64,000 nt of DNA from Utricularia gibba (GCA_002189035.1 CM007990.1:6076001-6140000); one strand, 5' to 3'. Positions 23,215 to 36,643 are shown, numbered from the stretch's first letter. Notes: a model not told the origin generated them from the letters alone. A program made the numbers and translations.

Positions 23215-25037
23215 ATGTCGTTCTCCTGTTCCGACCGCCTCTCCTCCTCCGACCTCCTCTGTGCCGAGGACTCCGCCCTCGTCTTCTCCAAATACGGAGA
23301 TCACTCGCCGGAATACGTATCGGACATCGAATCCACCCCATCGGAGTTGGAGGATCCCGTATCCCAACTTCTAGAAGAAGAGAGAAGTCTCACCTGGATT
23401 ACTTCTCGTATCCCCGTCAACCCGACGGCGCCGCCGCTAGAGCGGAATCCGTTGCATGGATTCTCAAGGTACTTTCCATTATCTGTCCGATTCGATTTCC
23501 TATTCGCTCAAATAATTGGTATGCACACCCCATCGGAGTTGGAGGCTCGGAAGTACGTCCGGACGATGAAAAGGATCTGTCTCCGGCGCAAGTCAGCTTT
23601 AACGCCGTGTCTAGTGCATATCTCCGTTAATTGACGGCACTGTACTTTCCTGTTGTGGCGCAGGTGCAAAATTATTATGGATTCCAGCCACTGACGGCGT
23701 TTCTCTCCGTCAATTTCTTCGACCGTTTCTTGCACTCCCATCCCTTGCCGGTAATACCTCCGTCGTGACAATTATCAGCTGTTTTCCTTTTTTTGTAGTG
23801 AAAAATAAATTCCGGTTGGTGTTATTTTCCGTTTATTGGGTATAATATTAAAATATAATATAAATAAAAAATTAAAAAACGGAAAAGCATTGGCCGGCCA
23901 TCTATCTGTGTAGAGTAAAGTCTCCAGCCCCTCCACCGCAGAGAGGCTTCAGAGGGCGTCAGTTCATTAATTTCCATAAGGAGCAATGTGCACAGGCGTT
24001 GACTGAACTCCTGTACGAAGGCGTCATTGACTAATGAATAAGATGCATCTTTCAATGTTGGTGTCTGAATCGTTGACCATTTGCTTGTTTTGATGGAAGC
24101 CCTTTTCCCTTAGTATTCGTGTAATGATGATGGAGAGGTTTATTTCGACAGCGGAATAATGGATGGCCTTACCAATTGTTGTCCGTCGCATGCTTGTCGT
24201 TAGCAGCTAAGCTGGAGGAGCCTCTGGTTCCTTCTCTCCTTGATCTGCAGGTATTGTGGTTACATCAAACTTACTTAAAGCAGTCTGCTTTAATGGGGTT
24301 TGATGATGTTTTTGGATGAAGGTTGGAGATGCAAAGTTCATTTTCGAGCCCCGAACAGTCAAAAGAATGGAACTTCTTGTGCTGACAGTATTGGACTGGA
24401 GGCTTCGCTCCATTTCTCCCTTTTGCTACCTTAAATTCCTGTCTATGAAACTGGATCCATCTGGAGCTCATTCCTCATCCATCGCATCAAGGGCGAAGGA
24501 AATCATTCTTGCTGCTGTTAGAGGTACTACTAGTTCCTGTTGATGGATGGCGTTACTGTTCCTTTTTTTTTTCTTTATCGAGTTGTAAGGGGTTTCGCAT
24601 CCACTCAACAGAGATCAGTTTCGTTGAGTACCGACCTTCGTGCATCGCGGCAGCGGCTGTACTTTGTGCTGCGAACACTCTGCCTAACTTTTCATTTGCG
24701 GAATCGTGGAGCCAGGGACTCCACAAAGTAGGACTGACGACGTCCCTGCTTATGATGCGTTTACTTTGTTAATACTAGGACTGGTTTCCTCGTTAATGAG
24801 TGTGAAACAACTGATTTTTCTCGACAGGATGATATTATGAATTGCTACCAAGTGATTCATCAGGTACAGATTAAACAAACGGTGATTGAACAGCAGTCAG
24901 AGGTTTCACCCCAAGTCATCGGATTGATAAGCTCAGCAACCTCAAGCGACTCATGCTCTACATTATCCTCATCGTGTAAAAGGAGGAAATTGGATAACGA
25001 ATCTCGGGAAGAGGAGGAGAAAGGATCCGCTGGTTAA
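23215..25037 (+). CDS. CYCD1;1: D-type cyclin CYCD1; 6 exons
   Basis: LxCxE motif (LLCAE); ARAESVAWILK (needs +1 C at 23412-23415); YYGFQPLTAFLSVNFFDRFL; GWPYQLLSVACLSLAAKLEE; FIFEPRTVKRMELLVL; EYRPSCIAAAA. Confidence 0.9.
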
Positions 25038-27642
25038 TAGAGTGTGAAGAAAAAAGAAAAACAACAAAAAAGTGGTCAAGTTTGGTCTGATCTGCTATGC
25101 TGTCTATCCTCATTGTTTTTTTCTGGAGGAGTGGGGTGTAGATTTTTTTCGTGTCTTTGGAGGGCATGGCATGCCCATCCATCCATCGATGATGGTTTGC
25201 AGATTTCCAACTGGGAGGAAATCAATTTGACACCACATTCATCTTTTTGTATCTCCTAGAGGTATTGTTCTTTTGCATCTAGTGGAGTTGTGAAGTGGAA
25301 GGTGACTGAATCTGAAAAGCTGTGGGGGTGGGGCATCGGTATTGGTATTTGGTGATTGTTTGAAAGAATAAGGATGTTTTTTGGGTCTGTCTGATCTGTG
25401 TTTCAAGTGTGATGGCACTCGGATATGGTGTTTAGGGGCTGGCCTGGGGCCGGTCCGATGCCATTGATGCCGGTTTCAGGGAACATTGCTGTGTGTTTTG
25501 TGGGACCAAAAGGGGATGTTGGGAATGTGCAAAAACTCAGTGGAGGAGTTGGCAAATTTATGAGATGAGGTTTGAAGTTATTGATGGGAACAAGGAAGAC
25601 CAAGTTGCTACTGCTGCTGTTGCTTTTACTTTCAAGGCTCCATGATTGCACTGTAAGGCTCCTATTTTCAGGTACAAAGATGAGGGGGGCTTGCAAGTAA
25701 CAACACTGGGAAGGAAGAAGGGTGGGTGTTGTTGCTTTTTTTTTTTTTTTTCTGTGTGCGCGCGCGTGTGTATGTGGGTGTATGCCACACACGTAGTGTG
25801 GATCAATCACCCTTTTCTTTCTCAGTGAGAAATTCATATTTCTTTTGGTTTCTTGGCATGCATTTTGTTGCAATGCTGTTTCTTTTTGAGAAGGTGTTGC
25901 ACCTCTTGACTCATCTAGGGGAAAGTTATCTTTTCCTGTATGGCCAAAAAGTTTGCCCCTTGGTTGAATCATTCATTGCTTAAAGCAGATTCCCTACCAA
26001 CTGGTAATGTACTTGTATCCAGGATTATAAGATTCTTGCAAAGTAATACCAATTGTAAGTATAAGAGGAGAGGCGAGCAGGCCTTTGGGATCTGTGTTAG
26101 AATAGAATGGCATACAAGGGAATCATGGGTACCCTTCCCTGTCTGCCAGTTACACTTCAACCAGCCATGCACTACAATCGCCACCTAATTGATTCCTATT
26201 AAATACATCCTGTGCCGGTAGGAAACACAAGGCGGGGTACCAAGTTGCTGAATCATATCCACACCAGGGAGCTCAAGGAGCTGTGTGAGTGGTCCTCTCA
26301 GGATCACCCTTTGGTTGGTCACGTGAACATAACTTGCCAGTTATTATTATTATTATTTTAATGGACAGCCCCATGAACACTTTTCTTGGTCTTTCCCTAA
26401 TTGAGAGCCTTTCTCAGTCACTTTCTCTCTATTCCATCCATCCAAACCGTGGACGGATGAAAGGAAGGAGAGGACTCCTCCAGTTGCAATGCAATGCAAT
26501 CGGTTTCTGGGGGCTTCCCTTTTGATCTGAATGAATTGGTGTGATTGGTTGGTAAAAGAGACTGCCCTGAAATCAGCACAGCGAGCAGCCTTTCACATTT
26601 CTCCGCTCAGGATGTTGAATAATCATCATGAAATATCAAAGGCTGCAATCGCAACTATTTCTTTTCCAAAGTCACAAGAGTAAGGCTGCTGGAGCCTGTG
26701 GGCAACAATGTTTTACGATGCAATGCGCATACCGAAGCACATGCGCCCTGGACCTGCTGCTACCTTGTGTGCTCATTTTAGAAGATCAACGAGGGACTAG
26801 CAGTGTGATGCTCAGGAAGGCACCTGACACAGCGAAGAAGATGGACTCTTGTAGTGTAGCGTTGCATCACTTTTTTTGTGTATGAAAAAAGCGTCGTCCA
26901 TCTTTGAACCCCCTTTTTCCTTTTGCAAGTCTCATCTGATACGTAGCGTGTGTATATATCCAAATTCCAATGGAAGAGGAAAGAAAAAGGGCCTCCACGA
27001 GAACCCCAGGGGCTGCTGCTGGCCCAGACACTGAGTGGCGGGCTGGGCCTCAGGTTCCTGGGGCACAATAGGCCCATTTCAAAATGGCAGTTGGTTAATG
27101 ATTGCGCAATTCCTTCTGGTTGATACTTGATACGTAGGATTTGGGGAAGGGATTGGATGAGATATGTATATTAATATCATATCATGTGATGTATGTCAAA
27201 CAATTTTTGTTGTTGATTTACTTTTCGATTTGTTCAAGTAAATTGATAATATTTTTTAATTTTCACAAACCAGATTTGCTTCCTGGGAGTGTAAAGCAGA
27301 TTTGCTCCCCTTCGGGAACAATGGAGTGGGGAGGGGAGGGGATGTGGTGGCTGTTTCAAGAAAGTTCTATTCTTTTGTGGCCATCGTTTTCACACTGGGG
27401 GCCCATTGTCCAGCTGCACGCTTCCGCTGCTTGCTTTCACTCTTCTACGCTCCCCTTTCTCGATTCCCCCTTCCGCTACTTCCTCCTCGGTCCTCTCAAA
27501 AGATCATTTTTTTTTCCCTAAAACCCTTTTCATCAGCCAACGAAAACTCACTACAGCATTTAGGGTTCTAGAAGAGTGAACTCGTCTACTGAGGTGCAAT
27601 GCTCTGTTCTTGAACTGTTTCTTGTCAGCTCCGTGCACCAAG

Positions 27643-29778
27643 ATGGCATTCAATGGTGGGAAGTACGTTCTAGTACTGCTGTTCGCACTTCTTGTCCTAT
27701 TTTCTGGGTTTTGCCCTGTTTCTGCTGCGTCATCACCCGCCAGTAAGTAGTAATTGCATACTCATTTTATGTATCGTTTGTCTTGGTTTATGATTTTTGA
27801 GTCCGTGGTTATTGCCTACTGGGCAGAGCTGGTTAATGGGTTTCTGTCGAATGCATTTTCCTTGCTGATGAAATGGGCATTCTCTTTAAAGACCACATCT
27901 AAAACAGGTACCAAACATCGCTTCTTACTGGACTTGCCCTGTGAAAAACAATTTGGATTTTGTGTAGAGCTTGCTATATATTCATCAGGTTTCGTGTGTT
28001 TTTCATTGTTGCAGTGCTAAACCGGCGCCCAGCAATGAAGTTCGAAAATGGGTATAATGTGGAGACCGTGTTTGATGGAAGTAAGCTTGGAATAGAGCCA
28101 CACTCCGTCGAAGTCTTGCCTGATGGGGATCTGCTTATTCTGGATTCTGAAAACTGTAATCTGTACAAGATATCTTCTTCTTTATCCGTGTGTAAGCTAC
28201 TGTTTTTTTTATTTTTTGTTTCATTTTAGCCTTGTTGTTTGGGGATCTGCTATGAAGGAACTAGTTCGAGAATGTTCGAATGTGCTATGTTGTTTCAGCC
28301 CTTTCTTCATGTTCAAGAACTAATCTGATGAATCTTCGAATTTGTAGATAGCAGGCCAAGGATGGTTTCCGGTTCTGCAGATGGACTGTGCGGTTATGTG
28401 GATGGAAAACTGAGAGATGCTAGAATGAACCATCCAAAAGGGCTCACAACTGATGACAGAGGAAACGTTTATGTTGCTGATACAGAGAACATGGCCATTC
28501 GGAAGATAAGTGACACTGGTGAGTTTTCTTGTTGGCTTTCTTTTGCTTGGTTGAGCAGACAAGTCTGACAATCTTTAGCTTCTTTAACCAAGGGTAGAGT
28601 GAAAACATTTCACCTACTAACTGATGCAAACGTTTTTGCAATTCCTTTTCCTGAGTGTGGCTGATTGTTTTGTGCCTGCCATTCTGGTAGTTGTCACGAC
28701 GATTGCAGGTGGAAAACGGGACCGTGGAGGAAGACATGTTGATGGACCAAGCGAGGATGCCAAATTCTCAAATGATTTCGATTTGGTTTACCTTGGAAGT
28801 AGTTGTTCTCTTCTGGTTATTGATCGTGGGAGTAAGGCAATAAGGGAGATACAGCTCCGTTTTGACGATTGCGCGCATCAGTATGGAAACAGCTTTCCAA
28901 TCGGTAAACAGCTGCTACATCAAACCTTGTGTTCTAGGATTCTGTGAAATTCTTCTATCAAACAGGAAAATGCAGTTTTTAGTTCACTTCCATAGTTTTA
29001 CACCTCTTTGCAGGCGTTGCAGTTCTCTTTGCTGCCGGCTTTTTTGGCTACATGCTCGCATTGCTTCAGCAGCGGATCAGCTTGATCGTTTCCTCTCAAA
29101 AGGTGAGACATTTTGGGTGCCAAACTCAAGAATTGTTCTGGTCTACATCATGTTTATTCGCCATCTTCCTTATTTCAGGGCCTCGTGAGGAACGAAGAAA
29201 CCATTAAACAGAACGTCACCTTAAGTTCATATCAGAGCCCCTTCAAGCAATCCACGCGCCACCAGCTGATTCAGAACGAGCATGATCCGGAAAAACATGG
29301 CAGAAGCTTGATGGGAACACTGGGGAAGCTGGCAGCACAAACTGCCCATGAAATTCTAAGAGGCTTCCATCCTCTGCTCAAGAACAAAGCTACAAGCCAC
29401 CCAGATACATGGCCTGCGCAAGAGAGCTTCATGATTCCGGATGAGGACGAGCCTCCTTCCATAGAACCGAGAACCCCAACTCCGAGCAAGACATACGCTT
29501 TCATGGCCAAAGATTCTGAGAAAATGCAGCACCTTAGGCAAAGTACAGCCCTCTACTCCCGTTGGGATGGCGAACTTGCAAAGCAGAAAACAAGCAAGAG
29601 GCATCTGCAGCATCATCTACAGTACTTTTCATCCCCATCAGAAACTTACTACGAGCACCAGCACTCTGAGGAGACGAAGGAAATCATATTTGGCGCGGTC
29701 CAGGAGCAAGACAGGCACGGCACAAATGTTGTGATCGAACCTCTGGATCATGGTACACCTTTCCATGGTTTTTTGTGA
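27643..29778 (+). CDS. NHL repeat-containing protein (At1g70280/At1g23880 type), multi-exon
   Basis: Signal peptide; MKFENGYNVETVFDGSKLGIEP; GYVDGKLRDARMNHPKGLTTDDRGNVYVADTEN; HVDGPSEDAKFSNDFD; EPPSIEPRTPTP. Confidence 0.9.
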
Positions 29779-30403
29779 TGTCCATGCTCCTCCTGGATTC
29801 AGATTGAATGCAGTATGGGGTTGTCACTGAGCTCCAAGGAAGCTCAGAAGTATGTAAGAGTGTGTAGGTGGTGGGAATTTGTTGTATCCTCATCTTGTCT
29901 GGCCCAAGGAAGAGGATCTGATCTTATTTCTTTTCGGAAGCCTCAAAAAACATCACCAACTTAAAATTTACATTTTTTTTTTCATGTTTTTGAAAGGAGT
30001 AAATTTTAATTATTTACTTTTGAAGGGTGTTTATATTTTGTAGGAAAGTCAGACTTGGAATTTAGGACGAGTGACACCGACGGATCCATCCCGGCCAATC
30101 AGGATTAGGGCTTACTACACCGGGGGAGCCTTACCAACGGGAAAAGTTTTTAATTCTCCTTCCAAATTGCCCACTTTTCTTCGTTGAGCGTACGGTTTGT
30201 GAATTTGGATTAATCGTTTTAGTTTGATGATATATACGCAACGATATGGCGAAAAGAAGCAGCCGCGATCTGCTGTTTTAGATCCAAAATTTTGATCCCT
30301 TCTCCCGATCTCGCGTGCTTAGGTTCGTTTGTTTTTTTCTTGGATGATTCAAGATCGATCAGAGTAGGTGCCCATTCTGGTGGAGGTATCTGGGAGCTTT
30401 AAA

Positions 30404-33400
30404 ATGGATCAAATAATGAACCAATTCACGTCGGGCACCCGACTGAGGTAAGCGATTAGATCTGTTTTGGTTTCTTTTCCATTCTTTCTACACTATTGTG
30501 TTCTTCGCTAGTGGATCAAGTCTGAAAAACGTTTCTTGGCTACGCCTCCGCTTTTCATAAGTGAAAGTTGTAATGCATATGATGATGTGTGGGTGAGATT
30601 GGATCCAGTAGCATGCTGGCATTTCATGTTCATTTGGTCTTGTTTGGGGCGGTGATGATTGTGACGGAGTGGTTGATTCGTTTGGACACAGGGATACTAT
30701 TTCTCCGTGTAATTTGAGTTACGGAGTTGTGTTTCTTTCCCCGTCAGTTCTTTGGTAAGAAATGAATGCGGCGTGGGCACAGCGTTACTTGTGACCCTAA
30801 TTTAACACCGATCCTAAGTTGACATGAGGCAACTTAGTACACGACCACCGAATGTGATGAAAGTTGGGGTCTTTTGTATGATCACTAAATGTAGAAATGG
30901 TCATAGTGGCACTTGCATTTTATGTATACCCATGTATAGAAATGGTTACTGCAACATGAGTTACCACACGCTGCAAATTCAAAACTATTTACCCAACTGT
31001 GCATTGTGCTTTTTTTAGAAAAGAAAAATCAAACAATGTTCTTTTCACTAAATCTGTTGTGGCATTATAGGGACATGATTCGAGCTATCCGTGCATGCAA
31101 AACAGCAGCAGAAGAACGTGCTGTTGTCAGAAAAGAATGTGCTGCTATACGAGCTGATATTAGTCAAAATGATCAAGATTACAGGCATCGGAACTTGGCA
31201 AAACTCATGTTCATTCACATGTTAGGCTATCCAACACATTTTGGTCAGATGGAATGCTTAAAGTTGATTGCATCACCAGGATTCCCAGAAAAGAGAATAG
31301 GATATCTTGGGCTGATGCTACTACTTGACGAAAGACAGGAAGTTCTAATGCTTGTGACCAATTCAATAAAACAGTATCCACCTGAACTTGGCCTCTCTGG
31401 ATTTATTTGAAAATACTGGGTCTGGTTGTAAGAGTATATAATTTAGTGCGGATTCCTTTTTTTTTTCTGCAGAGACTTAAACCACTCCAATCAGTATATT
31501 GTTGGACTAGCTTTGTGTGCGTTGGGAAACATATGTTCTGCAGAGATGGCTCGTGATCTTGCTCCTGAGGTTGAAAGATTGCTTCAATTTAGAGATCCTA
31601 ACATTCGGAAAAAGGTGAGATTTTCACAGTTGAGTGGAATATGCATCTTGCTGGTGACCCGACTGTATTCAACTGATGATTTTATACCTCTTTTAGAAAA
31701 TATAAAGTCAGTCTGGATCGGGAATCTGCTAAATATTAGTTACTTTTATTCAGTTGCTCCATACTTACTTTGCATATGGTGTATGCAGGCAGCATTGTGC
31801 ACTATCAGGGTAATTAGAAAAGTGCCTGACCTGGCAGAGAACTTTATAAATTCTGCTGCTTCTTTACTGAAAGAAAAGCACCATGGAGTTTTATTGAGTG
31901 GTGTTCAGCTGTGTACGGATATGTGCAAAACCAGTCCAGACTCTCTGCATTATATTAGAAATGTAATCATCATGGAAACTTTCATTTACAGATTTGTATG
32001 AAAAAAATGGTGGATGAAAAGCGATAAATGCGTATTTTCACATGAGGATATTTTTATTTATTCTCTTTTATTTTTGTGTTTTAGAAATGTGTAGATGGCC
32101 TGGTGAAAATTTTGAAGGATCTTGCGAACAGTGCATATGCACCCGAATATGATATTTCTGGGATTGCAGATCCTTTTTTGCAAATCAGGGTGCTCAAGCT
32201 ATTGCATGTTTTGGGTGAAGGGGATGCTGATGCTAGCGATGCAATGAGTGACATCCTTGCCCAGGTATGCGTGAATATTCAGAATACCCTATTTGAAGTT
32301 GGTAGATGTATGATAACATGATGCATTATCAATTGTGTCTTTGCGTCATTCTGTCAATGGTTTAGGTAGCGACAAAGACAGAAGTAAACAAGAATGCTGG
32401 TGATGCCATTCTCTATGAATGTGTAGCGACAATCTTCAGTGTGGAAGATAATGGTGGATTGCGTGTCCTTGCTGTCAATATTTTGGGCAGATTTTTGTCT
32501 AGTCGTGACAACAATATTAGGTGATTTGTTTTTTTTTTTTTCTATATTTCATGACTATTAGAGGATGTCATTGTGGTTTGAATGTGCATTTTGTGTTTGT
32601 GACTGTCTTGTCTTATTGAATTGGTGTGCTATGTTCTTAGAGTTTCAGTTGAAATTTGATGATGCCCAGAATACTTCAGTGGAGATCTCTGTATGTCGAT
32701 CAGTAGTCAATCATTTTGCTCTTTATTCAGTCTCACTACTTTGGACCTTGTTTTGCCAGATATGTTGCGTTGAACATGCTGATGAGAGCAATTTCCTTGG
32801 ATAGTCAAGCAGTGCAAAGGCATCGGGCTACTATTTTGGAATGTGTTAAGGTATCATGATGATGATTTAATTTGTTTTCATGAAAACTAGGCTTCCAGGT
32901 TCTTCGTCATCCTTGTGAAAACTCTCTGATCCTAGGATTCTGATGCTTCATTACGCAAAAGAGCCCTTGAGCTTGTTTATCTGTTGGCAAACGAAAGCAA
33001 TGTGAAACCTTTGACAAAAGAGCTCATTGACTATCTAGAAATTTGTGACCCCGAATTTAAGTCAGATCTTACAGACAAAGTTTGCTCAATTGTGGAGAGG
33101 TAACTTCAGCTTTTTGAGAGTTTTCAACATGGCTCTTCAAAGCCTCACATGTATGCTGTATTTTGGAACCTTCATTTTTTTCTCTGTTGTATCTTCAGAT
33201 ATTCCCCTGAAAAAAAGTGGTACATTGATCAGATGGTGAAGATTCTTTTAGAGGTATGGTATTTGGTTGTTTTTGTTGATACACTGATTCTCTAATGATA
33301 ACCCTGATTTGTTTTTGCAGGCTGGAATTTATGTGAAGGATGAAGTATGGCACGCTCTCATTATTGTGATTACCAATGCTTCTGATCTACATGGATATTC

Positions 33401-36037
33401 AGTAAGGGCCCTCTACAAGGCTGTACAAGCAACGGGCAAACAGGTAACCCTGGAAGTATATGCATTTTTCAATTGATGAATATCATGTTACATCATAATT
33501 ATTTTCAAAGTACGTTGCTTCTATTCAATAGGACACTCTTGCCCGAGTTGCTGTTTGGTGCATTGGTGAATTTGGTGATATGTTGATCAGCAATGCTGGC
33601 ATGCTTGATATGGAGGATCCAGTAACTGTGAGTGCGAATTCTTTGCTTGATATGGGAGATTATGTGTTAGATTTTTCTGGCTGTGAAAAACATATTCTTA
33701 CAAGTTGATATCAGAAAAACCTATTTTTCCTGATAAATTTTCTCTCTCAATCAGGTGACTGAGGCGGATGCTGTTGATGTTGTTGAAGCTGCATTGAAGC
33801 ACCACTCTGCAGATATAATAACTCGGGCTATGTGTTTGATTTCCTTGTTAAAGCTATCAAGTCGTTTCCCTTCATGTGCAGAGTATGCTGCATGCCCTTC
33901 ATCTACCCCTGCTTTTCTTTTTTGCTAGTTCTCTTGGTTTTTAATGGTTCTCACATATGAAGTCGCTCATGTTAGATGCTTTGGTTCTCACAAATAAGGG
34001 TTAAAATGAGTTAATAGAGAATACTATATAGATATGGTAACTAATCTTGCAAGAATACTGGTAGATGCACTTAGCCTTTATGGAACGCTTGAGGGTTGTC
34101 AACCTTAGAGTTACTTAGCATAGACTACAGTAGTTATGATATTGTAATGCATTAATATCATGGCTAAACTGTTTTTCTTTTCCCTTTTTGAAGTTTAGAA
34201 TTTAAATTGGAAATATATATTAGGATTTTTTACTTTTTCCCTTTTGAATGCCATATACCTCAAGCATTGATTACTCCATTCGCTTAGTTTTAATGATATA
34301 TTTGCTGCAATCCTGGTGTTCTCCAATTCATAAGTGTTATTGATTATCTGTTACAGGAGAATAAATAGCATTATCTTTCCTCAAAAGGGAAGTTTCACGC
34401 TTGAGCTGCAACAGAGAGCCATAGAGTTTAGTGCGATAATTAAAAAGCATGAAAGAATAAGGTATTCATGCATAATTTACCTACACACTGTGATACATGA
34501 ACTGTTTTTTTTTTTTCCTGCATGACACAAAACATGATGTTACTCCTGACTATTCAGGTCTCAATTGGTTGAAAGGATGCCACCTCTAGATGAGGCAACT
34601 TACAGTGGGAAGAGGACCGGCTCTATGCCTGCTGCTGTTTCAACTTCACATGGATCTCTTCCGAAGTTCCCAAATGGGGTTGCCAAACCTAGCCCTGCAC
34701 CACTAATTGATTTGCTTGATCTTAGTTCGGATGAAACTCCAGCACCCAGCTCTTCGGGTGGAGACTTTCTCCAAGATCTTCTTGGAATTGATATGTCTGC
34801 TACCTCCCAAGGTTTTTTTTCTTTTTCTTTTTGGTTGTCCCCGTGTCTTAACCATGTTGCTCTTTCATTTTATGTATTTCTTTACTTTGAACAACTGCAT
34901 TTCATGTTTATGCTGCCGAATTCTTTTGCCCTTCACTCAAATATTCTAATTTGATTTCAGCTTGTATTCATAATATGAAGAGTTTATCTCTTTCTAATCA
35001 GGTCTATGGTTGGATAAATTTTTACGTTGTCTACGGATTTGATCTTTATTTTTTTGGCCTTCATCACAGGGACCAATCAGATCCATAAAAGTGGAACAGA
35101 CGCCTTACTTGACCTCTTATCTATTGGGGATCCTCCAGCCCAGAGTTCGCCGTCCATTCTTGATATTCTATCATCTGTTGAAGATAAGAAGGGTTTGGTG
35201 GATTCCAGAAACGAACTGCCCTCGCTTGCTTCATCTCCTGCAGTTGCTCCCTCAACTACGAGTTCTCCCGTAATTGAATTAATGGACGGCTTTGGACCTA
35301 GTCAACCATTGCCTGGTAACATTCCTTTTTTAGTAGGATGTTGCCTTGTTTGTGTGCTGTATTTCTGACACTCTTAACCCCAGTTGCAGTAAGAAATGGA
35401 TCGCTCCATCCATCTATTGTCGCCTTTGAGAGCACTTCCCTAAAACTGACTTTCACACTATCAAAAGAGGCACAGCAGCCGGGGACTACCCTGATTGAGG
35501 CTCAGTTCTTGAACAAATCAACCGATACTTACTCAAATTTTGTATTCCAGGCTGCAGTTCCCAAGGTAATGATGGGCTCAATTCATTTTGAAGTTTTTTT
35601 CCCCCATTGTACTCCCTTCCTGGTCGGAGATTTAGCGCCAAATGTGACAGTTTTCTTCGCTATCTTTATTTTGTGGAAATCTTGAACTGTGAATATTATG
35701 CTTTTTGTGATTTGCTTAGTTCATTTTTATGAGCATAATATTGCTTAGCAAATATGCAGTTTCTTCAACTACACCTGGATCCTGCCAGCGGTAGTTCACT
35801 ACCAGCCAATGGTAACGGAGTGATCACACAGAAGCTTAGAGTGTCAAACAGCCAGCATGGGAAGGTACGGGATGAAGACTTGTTATAGTCTCGAGATCCA
35901 AAGTTTATCCTGATGTTTGGGTGCGTATTTTGTTTTTTCAGAAATCTCTGATCATGCGGATCCGGATTAGCTACGAGGTGAATGGAAAAGCCATGTTAGA
36001 AGAAGGGCAAGTCAACAACTTCCCCCGTGATTTGTGA
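30404..36037 (+). CDS. AP1G: AP-1 complex subunit gamma, multi-exon
   Basis: [29 protein letters not shown]; [17 protein letters not shown]; [16 protein letters not shown]; ELQQRAIEF; IDLLDL; ear domain VFQAAVPK...NNFPRDL*. Start may be 30404 or 30416. Confidence 0.95.
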
Positions 36038-36460
36038 CGGACGAGACACAAGGATGGATGGTGATCTTTGACTGGGAGGCTCGTGTGAAGGATATTTGGG
36101 AGGAGGGCTGGGGATCCATCCATGGCGTCCGATAAGCGTATGTGTTGGTTTGCGCGGTGCAGGCAGGGCAGGGCAGAGTCAGATTATGGCGCGCGCATAC
36201 AGAGGGCCGTGTGTGTCTCTTTTGTTGGGGTTGCTGTTTGGCGTACAACAATCATCTATTATGCCTCGCTTCGTTTGTGTTATACACCGTGTGGGGGACA
36301 GGGGACTGCACTCATCATTTTTGATGTTGTTAGGCTGTTGGGAGTTTACAATACTGAAGAGCAAAGCCTCCAAAATGCCACCATTTCCCCCATCCGTCGC
36401 TACTCGCACCTCATCAGCGTCCGCTAATTAAGCAAGCGAATAAAATTCGAAATATTAAAC

Positions 36461-36480
36461 GGACCGGACCGGACCGGACC
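36461..36480. repeat. (GGACC)4 pentamer tandem repeat upstream of PRP31
   Basis: ggaccggaccggaccggacc read directly. Confidence 0.9.
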
Positions 36481-36643
36481 GACCGCCCCTTTCCTCTTCT
36501 CGTCTGTCGTTCTCTAACCCGCGTCGAGCCCTTTTCGCTGATTCGGGAAGCCCGGGACACGAGCGTAGCGATACGACGATTCTTAACTTCTTTCAAGTAG
36601 CCGCGCGGAGGATTCGCGCTATCTTGATTTCTCGCTCATATTC

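Noticed and set aside
26108-26129. TGGCATACAAGGGAATCATGG as a miR160 target or mimic
   Set aside because: Only the miRNA 3' half pairs; the seed side has about five mismatches and there is no mimic-type 3-nt bulge.
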